Under the pieces are notes generated by a model. That model saw only the letters and a list, made by a program, of their open reading frames with translations. It had not been told where the DNA came from and made no database searches. From positions 56,565-76,564 of the forward strand of contig WELA01001161.1 in NCBI GenBank assembly GCA_009602735.1: a DNA stretch of 20,000 nt, in the 5' to 3' direction. This stretch comes from Mesotaenium endlicherianum (Eukaryota). Position numbers and translations under genes: made by a program. Each line of letters starts with the position of its first letter. The first letter of the stretch is position 1. This document shows, in pieces, positions 7,406 through 20,000 of the stretch.

Positions 7406-9692
7406 GGTTTAAGCCCTGGCTTTGCGCAACCGTGAGCGTGCCGTCGGCGCTCCGCACAGCAATCTGGCCGCACAGCGCAATCAGGGATGCCCCCTCCTGA
7501 CTAAGAATGGCGATCGAGGCCGCCGAATCTGCGCTGGCCGTGCCGGACTGCGTGCGCGCGCCACGTGGAAGGACGTGTGTGCCGCTGGCGTGCGCAGCTG
7601 CTGCTGTGGCTGCCGAGCTGCGATCTTGTAGCTGGCTGCCCGGCAAGCCTCGCGCCGCCGTGTGAGATGTAAGCGGGCGCGTGAGAGCGCGAGTGTGCGC
7701 GTGGCTGCCGACAAGAGCGGCCTGGCCTGCCAAACACGCGGCAAGTGTCGGCGCATGCTGGACCTTGCTGCTTGCAGCAGCCAGCAGGGTGAGACCCTCC
7801 TGGCGTTGCCGGCAAGTGCGCAGATCTGCGCACGGAATGGCGACGCGTACGGCGAGGGCCGCGGCAGCCGTGTGTGCTGCAAACATGTCACTCAGCTGGC
7901 GAGCGCGCCCTGTTGCGACAGCTGTCGATACGCAGACTGCTGCCAGCACTGCTGGCGTCAGCAGGACGGCACAGACCAGAGGGGTTGCCGAAGCCTGCGG
8001 CTGTGCTGGCGTGTGAGCCGGACCGTCTAGGGGCGCGTCGGGAGCTGCAACGTCTGTGACGCCGGGTAGCGAGACCGCATGAGCCTGCAGCCTGCCATCT
8101 GGCAGCCCGACCGGACGAGTGCAGCGGCTGCTGACGGACATCAGCGCAGAGTGCACAGGTCTAACAGAAGCGTCTGCGCAGACGTCTGCGGCGCTGGTCG
8201 CCGTAGCTCTGTCGTGGGGCGGGCGCGTGCAAGGCTGCAGCGCTGCTATAGCGCCAGGTGCCAGCCTCTGAGGTTGCCACGTGTTGGCGTCGTGAAAGTG
8301 CGCAGGAGCTGTGCAGACGCCAGCTGTCGGAGCTGAAGCGTCGGACAACGGGACGCGTGCAAAGAGGGCTCCGCACGCGTCGTAACTGTCAGTGGCGACG
8401 AGACCACGGAGTCTGGCGTTCTCTGCGTTGGCCTCTACGAGGGCGTCGCTGACGTCGTCAAAACTGTAGTAATCGGCTCCGGGGGTCAGCGCGGCGTCCA
8501 TCGTAGCCGAGGCTGCCGTCATCGAGGGACGTCCACCCGTGCGAGGGTTACGCATGCCCCAAAGTCCTGCTGCTGGCGCAGGGCCGTCACGGAGCTTCTT
8601 CTGCAGGCATACAATCTGCAGGTGGCCGGCCTTCCCACAGTAGGTACAGTCACCGGGCTTGCCATTCTGCGCAATAGTGCAGTTCTGGCGAGAGTGGCCC
8701 GTCTTCCCGCAAAACCAACAGGGGTCACTCGTCGTGGCGGCCATGGAAATGCGGCCACGCGGAGCCCCGCGCTGCTGGGTCTGCTGGGACAGCTGAGAGC
8801 GCTGGGGCTGCTGCTGCTGTTGGGGCTGGCGAGCCGGAGTTAGGCGCATCGTCGTGGATGGCAGCACCAAAGACTCCTCGCGTACGCCCGTGGATGCGAG
8901 GCCTACACGATCGCTAATGTTGCTCCGTGCGGCGGCCAAGCTCTGCTTCACGACTGAGAGGTAAGCGTCCTCCAGCGAGTACTCGGAGCCGATGTGGTAG
9001 ATGAGAGGAGCCATGGCTCGCTCCCTCAAACGTGGCTCTACGGCGCGCAAGAAGATCTCCGCTGCCTCCCGGTCAGTGATGGTGCCAACGTCTCGGCGAA
9101 GGTGCGTCAAGCGGCGGTACATCATGCGGATCGTCTCGTTCTTGCGGCTGCAGAAGTGGTGCAGCTTGTACACCTTCTCTTTGGTCGCGGCCTGGAACTC
9201 CTTCCTGAGGACGTCCCAGAAGGCCTTGACCGGATCAGCAAGAAGGGTCTCCACTGGGGGTTCCCCCACAGATTCTGTGCGTGCGTAGATCTCGTCACCC
9301 TTCTCACGGAATGTGTCACGGGCCTCGTAGAGGAGATAGCGCGTGAACGTATAGAACACGTCACGCTTAGTGAGCGCGGGCGTCTTAAGCCTCGCGGTCA
9401 CGAACTCAGCCTCGAACTCTGAGATTGTGTCGTCCAGATCACAGGTTCCTGGTCTGCCGCTGAAGCGGAAGAGGGAGGACCTGTCAGCCTTGACCTCGTG
9501 GTTACCTGCCATGGGATACCAGGAATCGTGGTGAGCCCACTGGGAAGACGGCTCAGGGACAATCACAGGAAGCACGAGTGCTGGCTGTTCCCCTTCAGAG
9601 GGCTCAGTGACAGTATTGAGATCGGAGTCTGAGTCTTCTCCACTAACCCCTTTGTAGTAAGGCTGGTAAGCACGCCCACTACGGGTAGGCAT
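7110..9692 (-). CDS. gag: Gag of element B (two CCHC zinc knuckles) with a long Ala-rich C-terminal extension
   Basis: 860-aa ORF starting MPTRSGRAY; capsid-like FRFSGRPG...NETIRMMYRRL...EIFLRAV; knuckles CWFCGKTGHSRQNC and CTYCGKAGHLQIVC. The 3' end overlaps ORF 6317-7405 in another frame, implying a frameshift between ~7115 and ~7400. Confidence 0.85.
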   Translation of the reverse strand: MPTRSGRAYQPYYKGVSGEDSDSDLNTVTEPSEGEQPALVLPVIVPEPSSQWAHHDSWYPMAGNHEVKADRSSLFRFSGRPGTCDLDDTISEFEAEFVTARLKTPALTKRDVFYTFTRYLLYEARDTFREKGDEIYARTESVGEPPVETLLADPVKAFWDVLRKEFQAATKEKVYKLHHFCSRKNETIRMMYRRLTHLRRDVGTITDREAAEIFLRAVEPRLRERAMAPLIYHIGSEYSLEDAYLSVVKQSLAAARSNISDRVGLASTGVREESLVLPSTTMRLTPARQPQQQQQPQRSQLSQQTQQRGAPRGRISMAATTSDPCWFCGKTGHSRQNCTIAQNGKPGDCTYCGKAGHLQIVCLQKKLRDGPAPAAGLWGMRNPRTGGRPSMTAASATMDAALTPGADYYSFDDVSDALVEANAENARLRGLVATDSYDACGALFARVPLSDASAPTAGVCTAPAHFHDANTWQPQRLAPGAIAALQPCTRPPHDRATATSAADVCADASVRPVHSALMSVSSRCTRPVGLPDGRLQAHAVSLPGVTDVAAPDAPLDGPAHTPAQPQASATPLVCAVLLTPAVLAAVCVSTAVATGRARQLSDMFAAHTAAAALAVRVAIPCADLRTCRQRQEGLTLLAAASSKVQHAPTLAACLAGQAALVGSHAHTRALTRPLTSHTAARGLPGSQLQDRSSAATAAAAHASGTHVLPRGARTQSGTASADSAASIAILSQEGASLIALCGQIAVRSADGTLTVAQSQGLNLGCAQNPRADAIRATGASAYARIGGRASRAASKAANTDMDVGPDTSSRNPRSDWEAPLGSSPATTPAPVLAAAPAAVAPDACAAGERTLLKITRPRTA

Positions 9693-9883
9693 ACGCTGAA
9701 GATTCTAATTGCGTGCAGGCAAAGAGACATCTTTTTAGAAGTAAGGAGTGTGTACTCTCCAGAGTGAGCACCTCAAGATTGTAATCTGGTAGGAAAACAA
9801 CTAATGAAGTCTGGCCCAAAAGATCACTGGAAGCACATGATGATCTTCAAGAGTAGTCCTATGGCAGGGGGTATAAGCTGTGA

Positions 9884-9895
9884 CTTTGCTCACCA
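9884..9895 (-). promoter_or_regulatory. PBS-like site of element B (priming tRNA not identified)
   Basis: Minus strand ...CTTCACA AG TGGTGAGCAAAG: LTR-type CA end, 2-nt spacer, then TGG. Confidence 0.6.
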
Positions 9896-9897
9896 CT

Positions 9898-11543
9898 TGT
9901 GAAGTTCTTCTAGTGACTGGAAGCCAGCAAGGCTTGCTCTTCATAAGAGAGAGACTAAGTGGTCCTGAAAACACAAGAGATAAAAGTGTAAGCTTTACTG
10001 ATAATCTCTGTGACTTATAACTGGCATAATGGGACTTCTAAAAAGATGTTCCTCTAGGGACATCTCTAGCACTTATACTCCTGAAATCCCGACGTCGTAT
10101 GCGGCGGATCCAATGCATGTAGTCACTCTAGGAGGCTCTCCTATGTCCACTAATGTGTACAAGGCATGTACTAGCACTCCTATAGGCTAAGCATAACTCA
10201 AACCAATCAAAGCAAAGCACGTAAAATATGCTAAGTGTCTCTCGTTGGTGGAGCTTACCTTGGGTAGTTCTACCTAGATAGCGCCTCAAAAGTGAATCTG
10301 GAACTTGAGGAAGCTTCCTCTAGGAGATGGTGATGCAGTCACCAAGTTATAGCCTCAATAATGCACTCGTACTATGGAAATGCAAGACTTATGTAGTCTA
10401 AAGGGCTCGCGGATTTGTGCGCACAAAGCTAGGGGTCCTTGGGGTCACGAATAGTCAACATTGTCACCTTTGGGTGCATGAAGTCACAAGTTGGCCATTT
10501 GGTGTGGTTCCGCTAGGTGCCGAAAGGAGTGCGGACTAGATCGCGTCTACTTCGCTCGATAATTAACCAAATGACGCAAAACCGGTGCCATTCGGAAGAT
10601 GCTTCGACGCGCTACACTTTGGTAACTTGGAAATCTAGAGAAGGTCAACATATGGATGCGTAAAGTCAATGCAAAGTTGGTCTTCCTAGGTTGATGGTTC
10701 GCACAAGTAGAGCTTGGGTTCGCACGTCAACCTCGACTTAATAAATCATGACAAGAGAGAGTCTAAGTGGTCCTGAAAACACAAGAGATAAAAGTGAGCT
10801 TTACTGATAACTCTGTTGCTTACAGCTGGCATAATTGACGTCTAAAAAGATGTCATTCTAGGGGCATCCACTGCTATATACTCCTTGGAAAACCGGCGCT
10901 GAAGGCGGCGGATTCAATGCATACAGTCATGCTAGGAGGCTCTCCTAGGTCCACGAAAGTGGAGGCAAGGCATGTACTAGCTCTCCTATTGGCTAAGCAC
11001 AACACACACCAATCAAATATAGTGCAAGAAAGAGACTGCATGGCTCTCAATTGCGGACCTTACCTCGACCAATGCTACCTAGATAACGCCTCAAAAGTAG
11101 ATCTGAAACAGGAGGAAGCTTCCTCTAGGAGTGAGTGATGCAGTCACTTAGTTATAGCTCAAATGGTGCTCATATACTATGCTATTACATGCTAAGTGTA
11201 CTTTATCAAGCTCGCGGACTAGAGGTCCTTGGAGTCGCGAAGAGCCAACAATGTGACCTTTGGGCACATTGAGTCACAAAGTGGCCTTTGGTGAAAACCC
11301 GCTAGGGGCCGGTAGGTGGCGCGGACTAGATTGTGAATATCTCGCTTGACACTTGACCAAATGGCACGCAACTGGTGTCGTTCGGAAGGTGACGCGACGC
11401 TCTACACTTTAGCAATTTGGAACGCTAGCAAAGGTCAACATATGAATGCGTGAAGCAAGGTCAAAGTCGGCCCCTCCTAGGTCGATGGTCGACACACGTG
11501 TGTCTCGGCTTGGGCGACGGTCCCGACCTAATGAGTCATGACA
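9898..11543 (-). repeat. 5' LTR region of element B, made of two diverged ~800-bp tandem units plus a unique 48-bp PBS-proximal end
   Basis: Unit 1 9946-10753 and unit 2 10754-11543 both begin (plus strand) AGAGAGAG(A/T)CTAAGTGGTCCTGAAAACACAAGAGATAAAAGTG and end TCATGACA (minus-strand TGTCATGA, an LTR-type TG start). They are colinear throughout. Confidence 0.85.
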
Positions 11544-13869
11544 CCTCGTCGGGACGCGTATTTTGAATATTTTGAAAATACGTCGAAATACGTGGTGTAA
11601 TACGTCGCTCATTGACCAATACGCAAGTATCCCATAACTAGGACTGCAATAGGATGGCATGTGTAAGTTCTAATCTTGATTTCTTTACAAGTTGAGTACC
11701 CTTACTCAATCGTGCAACTTTCAATCCGTGAAAAGCCCGCGAGCTTCTCCCTACGAATTGCCTTGAACGATTACAACAAGCGACGAGTCATAATAAGTCA
11801 ACAAGATACATCGACGCTAAAACAAATTGATTCTCACAAGAACTACCTGAAGCCATGCCACAAAATACACGCCACGAAATACATGAACCAAGCAGCTAAC
11901 CGTGGCGGCCAAACGTGTGCCATGCTGCTAGGACTTGTCTACGCGCCCCAGCGGAACCAGGCTAGGCACAGCCCCGACGTGGCGGTCATGCGCCACACCG
12001 ATGTCACGTCTGACGAAGAAAGAGGAATGGAGCCGAGGGAACTTTTAAAAATTGCAAATCCAGTGGAACCGTCAAGAACAAATGGAAACCTTCGTAGACA
12101 TTCTCATCTCGAACCAAACAGCTAAATCTCAAGACCTGACAGTCAAATGCGCACGCTTGGTAAGAAATGAGTACGTAGTTTTACGTAAGATTATTATGGA
12201 GAGAGTGGAGGTTTGCTCTCACAACTTTCACAAGAGTGGACCTTATTGAAACATGCAAAGTGGTGCTCATACTAGACTTCCTTTCTCCTACAAACTTCAG
12301 GCCTCTTTTGACAATTTACTTACAATTCAATCACATGTTGATCTACCTCCTTCCGTTGGCCTCCTCCGCCTACTTTCAATTTGCAAAGGTCTCCTTTATT
12401 GCTTTCAACCTAAGGCCCAGATATGCCTAGACCCTTTCCAAAAGCCATGACTAACACAATTTGAAAATTTGTGTTCAAATTGCCTGATTTGGAAAGAAAG
12501 AAGGTAACGATAGAAAGAATAGTTGGAGTAGTAATATGCTACAATGTGCGTCATCTTTTTGTGTCTAATCCTCTCTATGTCTAGCTATTACTTATTGATT
12601 TATGTTTGCTACTATTTTGCTGACGTTTCTATTGGCCTGACTATGTGAGAAAATGCCAATATGATGCTATTGCTGTGTTGGAGTTGGTCGCCGGATCTTC
12701 TCTGCAGATAATTGCCAATTGACATTGGTGTACTAAACAATAGCAAAAACACAATATTCCGCATGGTTCTTACTAGTGGCTGTTACGGAAAACTGAGGCT
12801 CGTGCTCAAAAATCCTTTTTCAACTCCAAGTATGGGGGTTAGCGGGGTGGGCGGGTGGGTAAGTGTAGCAGCTTATGTCCTGTTGCAATGAATGGTGCAT
12901 TGCAGGTTGAAGTTTTAGAGTTCGGGTGTGTTGAGTGAAAGCGACAAAAGCATTTGAAAAATCAACAATTTTCACACTTGTCAAACTTCAGTTTGCCATG
13001 TCGCAAACCTTCAATTTGCATCAATAACGAGTGTTGTTGTCGTACGGGTTTGCGCCTGTTCGTAAAATGCACTTCTCTTAAATTGCTTATAGCTGGAACA
13101 AAAGAATATCTCACAAAATATTCATGTTAGGGTCACTAATTAGTCATCTCAACTTTTCTGACACACAAATAAAGAGAAGATGTTGCCTCATAGTGATGTA
13201 CAAGTGCGGTCCAACAAATTATGGGCGTCATAAACATGTGACCTAAGCGATTGTTCAAATAGTAAATATGAATATTTACATCACACCACTCTATTCCTAG
13301 CTATACCATGTATGTCTACGATCGAATCTATCATAATGTGTTAATGCACGTACTTTGCCAAGCAAGCAAACCTGCTTCTAAGACATCATAATAAATGACA
13401 CCCTACACCCGCTTTTCTTCACGTTGTAGACCAAATAATACATAAAGAATGAAAGAAATTATTTGCCTACGATAGTGAAAAGCCATATCACGACTTGAGC
13501 AAATCCCCATTCAATCCGAGGAATAATTAAGACTGACTGTTGTGTTGTATTGTTCAAAGTCAGCTACTCTTCTATTTCTCTATTTCATTGATTGAGCAAG
13601 CTGATTGCGATTTCAAGACTTCATCTTGCAATGCTTTCTATCATTTTGTCAACTATCAATATGGATGTTCCTAGCATATTGAAAAACTTAAGCCTTAGCC
13701 CATAGTTGGCTCTAGGAGGCATTTTTGGAGGACCCCTATCCACTGTGACCCCCCAGCAGGGGCATGCAACATGTACAGAAGAAGTTACAAGAGAAATTAT
13801 CATAAAGAAGTTACCTGGAGGAGAGGTCACAAAACACAGGTCCTGGAAGAGGCTTATATAGGGACGGTT

Positions 13870-16750
13870 TTATGTAAGAAGTGGTTCGTTGAGCGTGGGT
13901 GCTTCTTCGCGATCCTTATTAGTGCAAGCAAGGTGCTTGTACAGGACAACAAAACCTAATGCTAGCATAATAACAACAGTGGAACTTAGAAATACACCTT
14001 CATAGCTCCACCTTGAGAGCTCCGTTTCTCCCGGCGGACGAACTTCTAGTATTTGTATTTTCTCCTGCAAACCATTTATTTCTCAAACATAAGTTCGCAC
14101 CTCAAAGCAGGTCTCATGTGGTCATGATATCACCCATTTTTGCTTGCACATCTCTCGAAAGGTACTAACAACAAAGAACCCTCCTTTGCACGAAGGCTTA
14201 TCAAGAGTTGACATACTCGTATGACCACCAACGCATCAGTATATTCCCTGATCGGTCTTATCCTTCCTGCACTCTAGTAACTTCTTGCAGCTGCCACATT
14301 GACTAGCCATCGATTGAAGCATGCAAAGTTACCACGAAACTCCCTGATTTTGGTTCTCAAAGGCAAGTGTATCATTGAGGTACCCATACATGCTTTGTGC
14401 ACCACCTAACAATATGTATTTAGGTGATAACAGGCATGGGCAAAAAACACATGAAAAACTTGTGGGCACATTGACGTGCACCACCAGCACGGAACACTAA
14501 TGTTTCATAAACATCAGAGCCAGAACTTTGACAATGATGATTGCCACTTGTCCACCAGATTGCAGTTGACTCTGGAGAACCCCACATTCTCACACAATGT
14601 CATAAGAACAAGCGCCCGGCACAAGCATTCATACGTGAGTTGACCTCAGCCTACCTGAGCACCAATGATGGCAGTAGTGAGCATCAGAATGTAGATCAGC
14701 ACCCCGGCTTTCACTTCCCACACCTGGACTTTGCTGCCCCCCCCTTGATGGCCCTTATAGAATAGAACGATGCCTCTTATTACCTGCCAAAACCATCAGA
14801 ATGAGGATGCCATTACAGTACGTCACAGGGCTGTAGAAGTTCACTGAATCCATCCTCTTGAGGAAATGCAAAGGACCAATCTCGACGAGGAGCTTACGGC
14901 AAGCTAAGGTTCCACAGAGATGATGCTGTAATCTTTGCGACAACAGCAACTCCAATCAGCGTCCGGACCTCCTGTATGAGCCTCTTCTCAAAAGGCGGAA
15001 AAGCATGTAATGCATGTCTGAAGACAGTTGAAGCTACTAAGCCAGCCACGCAGAGCTCGTCCCGGGACTGAAGGGGCCAAGCACTCCACCACCTAGCTGC
15101 TGCACGCGACACTTTGGCTGGCAGAGGAAAGATGGTCCTAAGATTCAAGAGAAATTGTGAAACCAAGCCCACATATGACAATAGCTCATAGACAGAAACC
15201 CAGGCCTGCCACAAGAGGAGTCAGATGTGCTGCGGGTGGGGAGCTTCAGGGCACGCATGCCTGTGCAGTGAGACCTGCTGTTGCCACGAGCCCCAGCCAG
15301 CTGTGCAGGCTGTACAGGTGGAACAGCCCAGCAAGAGCCTTGTATCTGTACGCAAATGCTATGCCAATGTAGCCCAGCAGGAGAGCGGCAACTTGAGTGA
15401 CGTGGTATGAAGCTCCACTCGACGCTCCACTCGTCTTCGTGCTGCTTTCCCCCCTGCCCCTTACTATAGCTGCACATTCCATACATACACACAAAAAACA
15501 GAATTGGCTCTTGTGTCGAGTATATTGGATTCTACACCGTCTGCTGCGCCCCCGTCACTTGGCTTGAACAGGGGATGTGGATGACAAATGGACTCCCAGG
15601 AGAGCTCCAGAGTGCCAGACTGAACTGCTAAGGAGTCTCATGGCCGTCAAACGAGGTCTTTGGAAGTGTGATTTTGTGATGCATGGCATCCTTGCCATCA
15701 TCAGCAATGCTTTGCCGAGCTGACTGCAGCTTTAGCCCCCAGCTAAGAGACTAGCAGACATCCTGATGTGCGACAATGGCCTGTTAGTTGAAAACCGATC
15801 CTTTTGTAAGCATCAAGTGTAGCAGTTGCATGCTCTGCCCTCGTTAAAAGCCGAGGCTTTGCTCGGGAGGCTGGATAAATCTCAAGCACAAACAGGCCAC
15901 CCACAACCATCCCACGATATGAACCAGCATTGTGCGAGACAAGCTAAGCATCACCCTCACATCCCTCAAGCTCGTGTGCAACCTTGAAGCTGCGGAAATT
16001 CTCCTCCCCGAGTGAAGAGGCACATGTAGGGGGGTGCAAAAGGCTGCAGGGGTGCTGAAAGATGGAGTACCTTGACTCAAAAGACAGATGAATCCAGCCA
16101 CCATGAAAATTGGGTGAGCCTGTTTCAAGATCAGAGACGAGTATGCCATGGGGTGAGCTGAATGATTAACATTCAAACGACACTTTCTGGCTTGGAAAGA
16201 GTCGAATGACAATGATTAACACGCAACCGACACTTTATTGCTTGGGGAGAGTTGAATGACAATAGGGTCGCCCCCTTACATTCGTCAGAACACTGGCCTG
16301 ACTGGTTAAATGAAAGCACAGGATGAATGAAATGTTTGGACAGGCAATCATTTAGAGGCCCAGTCACTTGATGCGATTGCAGAAGTTCTGGATTGGTGGT
16401 TTACTCTTCAGTACGCGGTTTGCACGGCAATTCCAGCAACAATGGGAGCAGCAGGAAAGTTGCAGTCAGATCAACAGCCTGCAGAAGTTGTTGTCAGAGA
16501 CTGCAGCTCGAGACACTATAAATAGTTTGAAACATGGAAGCAGCTATCAATGGACAGTTTAGCTAAGAGGCTAGAAATGAGTCTGGAAACATAAAGCAGC
16601 AGCTGTGACAGCACCTCCTGTTGAACTTACATTCCAGACGTGAACAAGTATCTCCCCCTTTGCTGGGATCCAGGATATCTCTTTGTGGAAGTAGAATATC
16701 CAGGTCAATATCAGCACAAATGTCAACACTGAGAGGACGTCAATTACAAC
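13870..16750 (-). CDS. Cytochrome b561 family transmembrane protein (ascorbate-dependent reductase-like), spliced; first exon unresolved
   Basis: Exons 16631-16750 (VVIDVLSVLTFVLILTWIFYF...VWN), 16071-16119 (AHPIFMVAGFICLLSQ), 15261-15469 (...SYHVTQ...LYSLHSWLGL...AQ), 14655-14783 (VIRGIVLFY...WEVKAGVLIYILML...GAQ), 13870-14064 (EKIQIL...EPLLT*). Splice phases are consistent. SLHSW and NxHP are b561 signatures. Confidence 0.85.
16161..16260. repeat. 50-bp tandem duplication in a b561 intron
   Basis: AATGATTAACATTCAAACGACACTTTCTGGCTTGGAAAGAGTCGAATGAC (16161-16210) versus AATGATTAACACGCAACCGACACTTTATTGCTTGGGGAGAGTTGAATGAC (16211-16260). Confidence 0.85.
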
Positions 16751-18471
16751 CTGCAGGGGCAAAGAGGACTACATGAAGGTGAGCAAAAAGACCTCATACT
16801 GCTCTACACGCTTCTAGAGGACGAAGTTTGGTTGATATGTATTGGCACGAAGGTGGAATAAAATTCTGATCTGTTTCAGCTGGCGAGACCCATCCCCAAA
16901 CTGGCCTGCATCTCTCAATGCCTTGGACATGCATAACCGTAAGTTTTCAATCTCATCATAGCTTTACCATCCAGCATATATATTCCCACTGATACAATGC
17001 TTGCCCTTCATGTGGTAACTAGTGAGTAATATGAACCTGTAAGTGAACAGGTAGGTGACATGCAGCAACAATCATCTCGTGTGCTCTGCGTCACCTTCAG
17101 TGCAGTGCCACATTCGGTGAGGCCACGATGGAGAATATGGACTTGTTTGGTACTAGTGACCATGATCAAAATTTCAAATTGCACATAGTCGCCAAGATGC
17201 CAAGATGCCAAGATGCCGTATACACTGCCTCATTGCAATTTGCGATTGTCTGGATCAAGCAGCCAGTACTAGCGGACTTTCATCAGATAATGAAATACAC
17301 ATTGATCTTACTACATACATACTGGTGAATGCAAGGATGTACAGAGTCAGACTCAATGATAATGGTGCTGGAAGCTTTTTCCAATTTCTAGCTTACGTCT
17401 GAATGTAGGCAATGACTGAGTTATTGTACCTGTAAACGACGCGCATTTTGCTCAGCCATGGTGTATCACCTTGCTTGCTTAGGACGGTTGCACGAAGAGC
17501 TCCGATAAGCACATGCAGCCAGCTGCCTGCTTACAGACAGTCGGACTTATTTCTTGTCGTAGACACTGGTACATCACACGTTCACAGAGGACATTCTATC
17601 ACATGGCTCGCCTCTCACCGCGCCAGTCTTGTAGAATTGGTACAAATGTATCTTTCTCAATGATCGATTTTCTGTCCCTAAAATGAACTTGCTAGTGGTG
17701 TACACTGTATACTAGGGTCACTTTTAAAAAATTACCACAAATGTGGGATTACGGTCTTACGGGATGAACTCCTGGGCAGAGGGTTCCTTGGCCTCCAGCG
17801 TTGGCATTGAATCGGATCGCGATACGTGTTTCTCTGACGAGTTTCGTAGGCGACATCAACTTCACACAAGTTCACAGGTTCCATATCGTCGCAAATTTAA
17901 GTCGCAGAGGACTTTTTAAGGGGTGTTTCAGGTCCAACTGCTGCACCAGAAATGTTGAGAGCCAGACTTGGGGCTAATAGACCCCCAGGCCCTAGATCTC
18001 AACATTGGACGATCGGATGCATCTACTTAGGTGACACACCAATAACTCGGTCCTTCCAGACTCCGAGCTATTGGTTTGATTTGAAATGTGCAAAGGTCCG
18101 AGCCAGGCAACATTCTTGTCATAATTTCCTTCACCCATGCACGGATGGCCAGGAAGTGGTATTGCACTGGCCAGTCTTAGGGATATTTGTATGCTGATGA
18201 AGGTAGCTGAATTTTATCCAATAAGGGAGGAGTGCTGGTTGTCTGACTTTTAAGGCTTAAACGAACTTGGCCGTTGCTACTGATGCCCATGTGTTTCCTT
18301 TTCTTTCTTCATGCGCAACCGAAGTGTTATCCCAGACCAGATTTGCGACTTTTCCTGTGCACTTGCTCGCATCTGTAGGTCCAACGTCATGGATAGACTT
18401 TCACCTAGAACTGTAGACGTAAAAAGTATCTACCCCGAGCACACTCAAGTTGAGATTTGAAGGCCTCTGCA

Positions 18472-19941
<1,470 letters not shown>

Positions 19942-20000
19942 GTGCGCTGCAGATGAAGCTGTCATTTGCCTGCCTCGTGGAGTCCACCCGTTCCCCCCCC

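Larger units (their letters stand above)
2778..11543 (-). mobile_element. Ty3/Gypsy LTR retrotransposon B carrying a C5 DNA methyltransferase; decayed, interrupted by element A; integrase and 3' LTR not in window
   Basis: Minus-strand order: LTR region (11543-9898), PBS-like site, gag with two CCHC knuckles, low-complexity linker, C5-MTase motifs, RT, RNase H. Internal region is visibly more GC-rich than the flanks. Confidence 0.92.

Noticed and set aside
2785..9422. Many overlapping plus-strand and alternative-frame ORFs
   Set aside because: Expected shadow ORFs of GC-rich coding sequence; no recognisable motifs.
11544..13620. ORF 11676-12125 and short inverted repeats such as CGTATTTT...AAAATACG near 11555-11580
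   Set aside because: No recognisable domain, terminal inverted repeats or TSD; could be a TE remnant but cannot be supported from sequence alone.
16790..16935. Candidate first coding exon of the b561 gene
   Set aside because: An ATG-initiated frame with a possible GT donor exists, but there is no homology signal to confirm it.
17191..17217. (GCCAAGAT)3 repeat
   Set aside because: Trivial slippage repeat with no evident function.
18080..18085. TTTGAA (animal CHR/DREAM-type motif) upstream of ALY
   Set aside because: A 6-mer expected by chance; no support for this motif in this context.

Overview
Eukaryotic (green-plant/streptophyte-like, intron-containing) genomic window. The left 11.5 kb is a nest of two minus-strand Ty3/Gypsy LTR retrotransposons. 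Element A (<1-2777) shows a 5' LTR, tRNA-iMet-like PBS, intact gag, a textbook -1 ribosomal frameshift signal and the start of pol (protease). It is inserted at the end of the RNase H domain of the more decayed element B (2778-11543). Element B carries a complete C5 DNA cytosine methyltransferase domain inside its polyprotein, between gag and reverse transcriptase; this is the main finding. Its coding region is broken by in-frame TAG/TAA stops, frameshifts and a YIDD>YIND change, and its 5' LTR region is made of two diverged ~800-bp tandem units. The right part holds two divergently oriented host genes: a spliced cytochrome b561 family gene (minus strand; GC-AG intron, fourth heme His apparently replaced by Glu) and the 5' exons of an ALWAYS EARLY/LIN-9 homolog (plus strand). 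The latter has an intronic 237-bp poly-C next to an N, probably an assembly artefact. All calls come from reading the sequence by eye; no searches were run.
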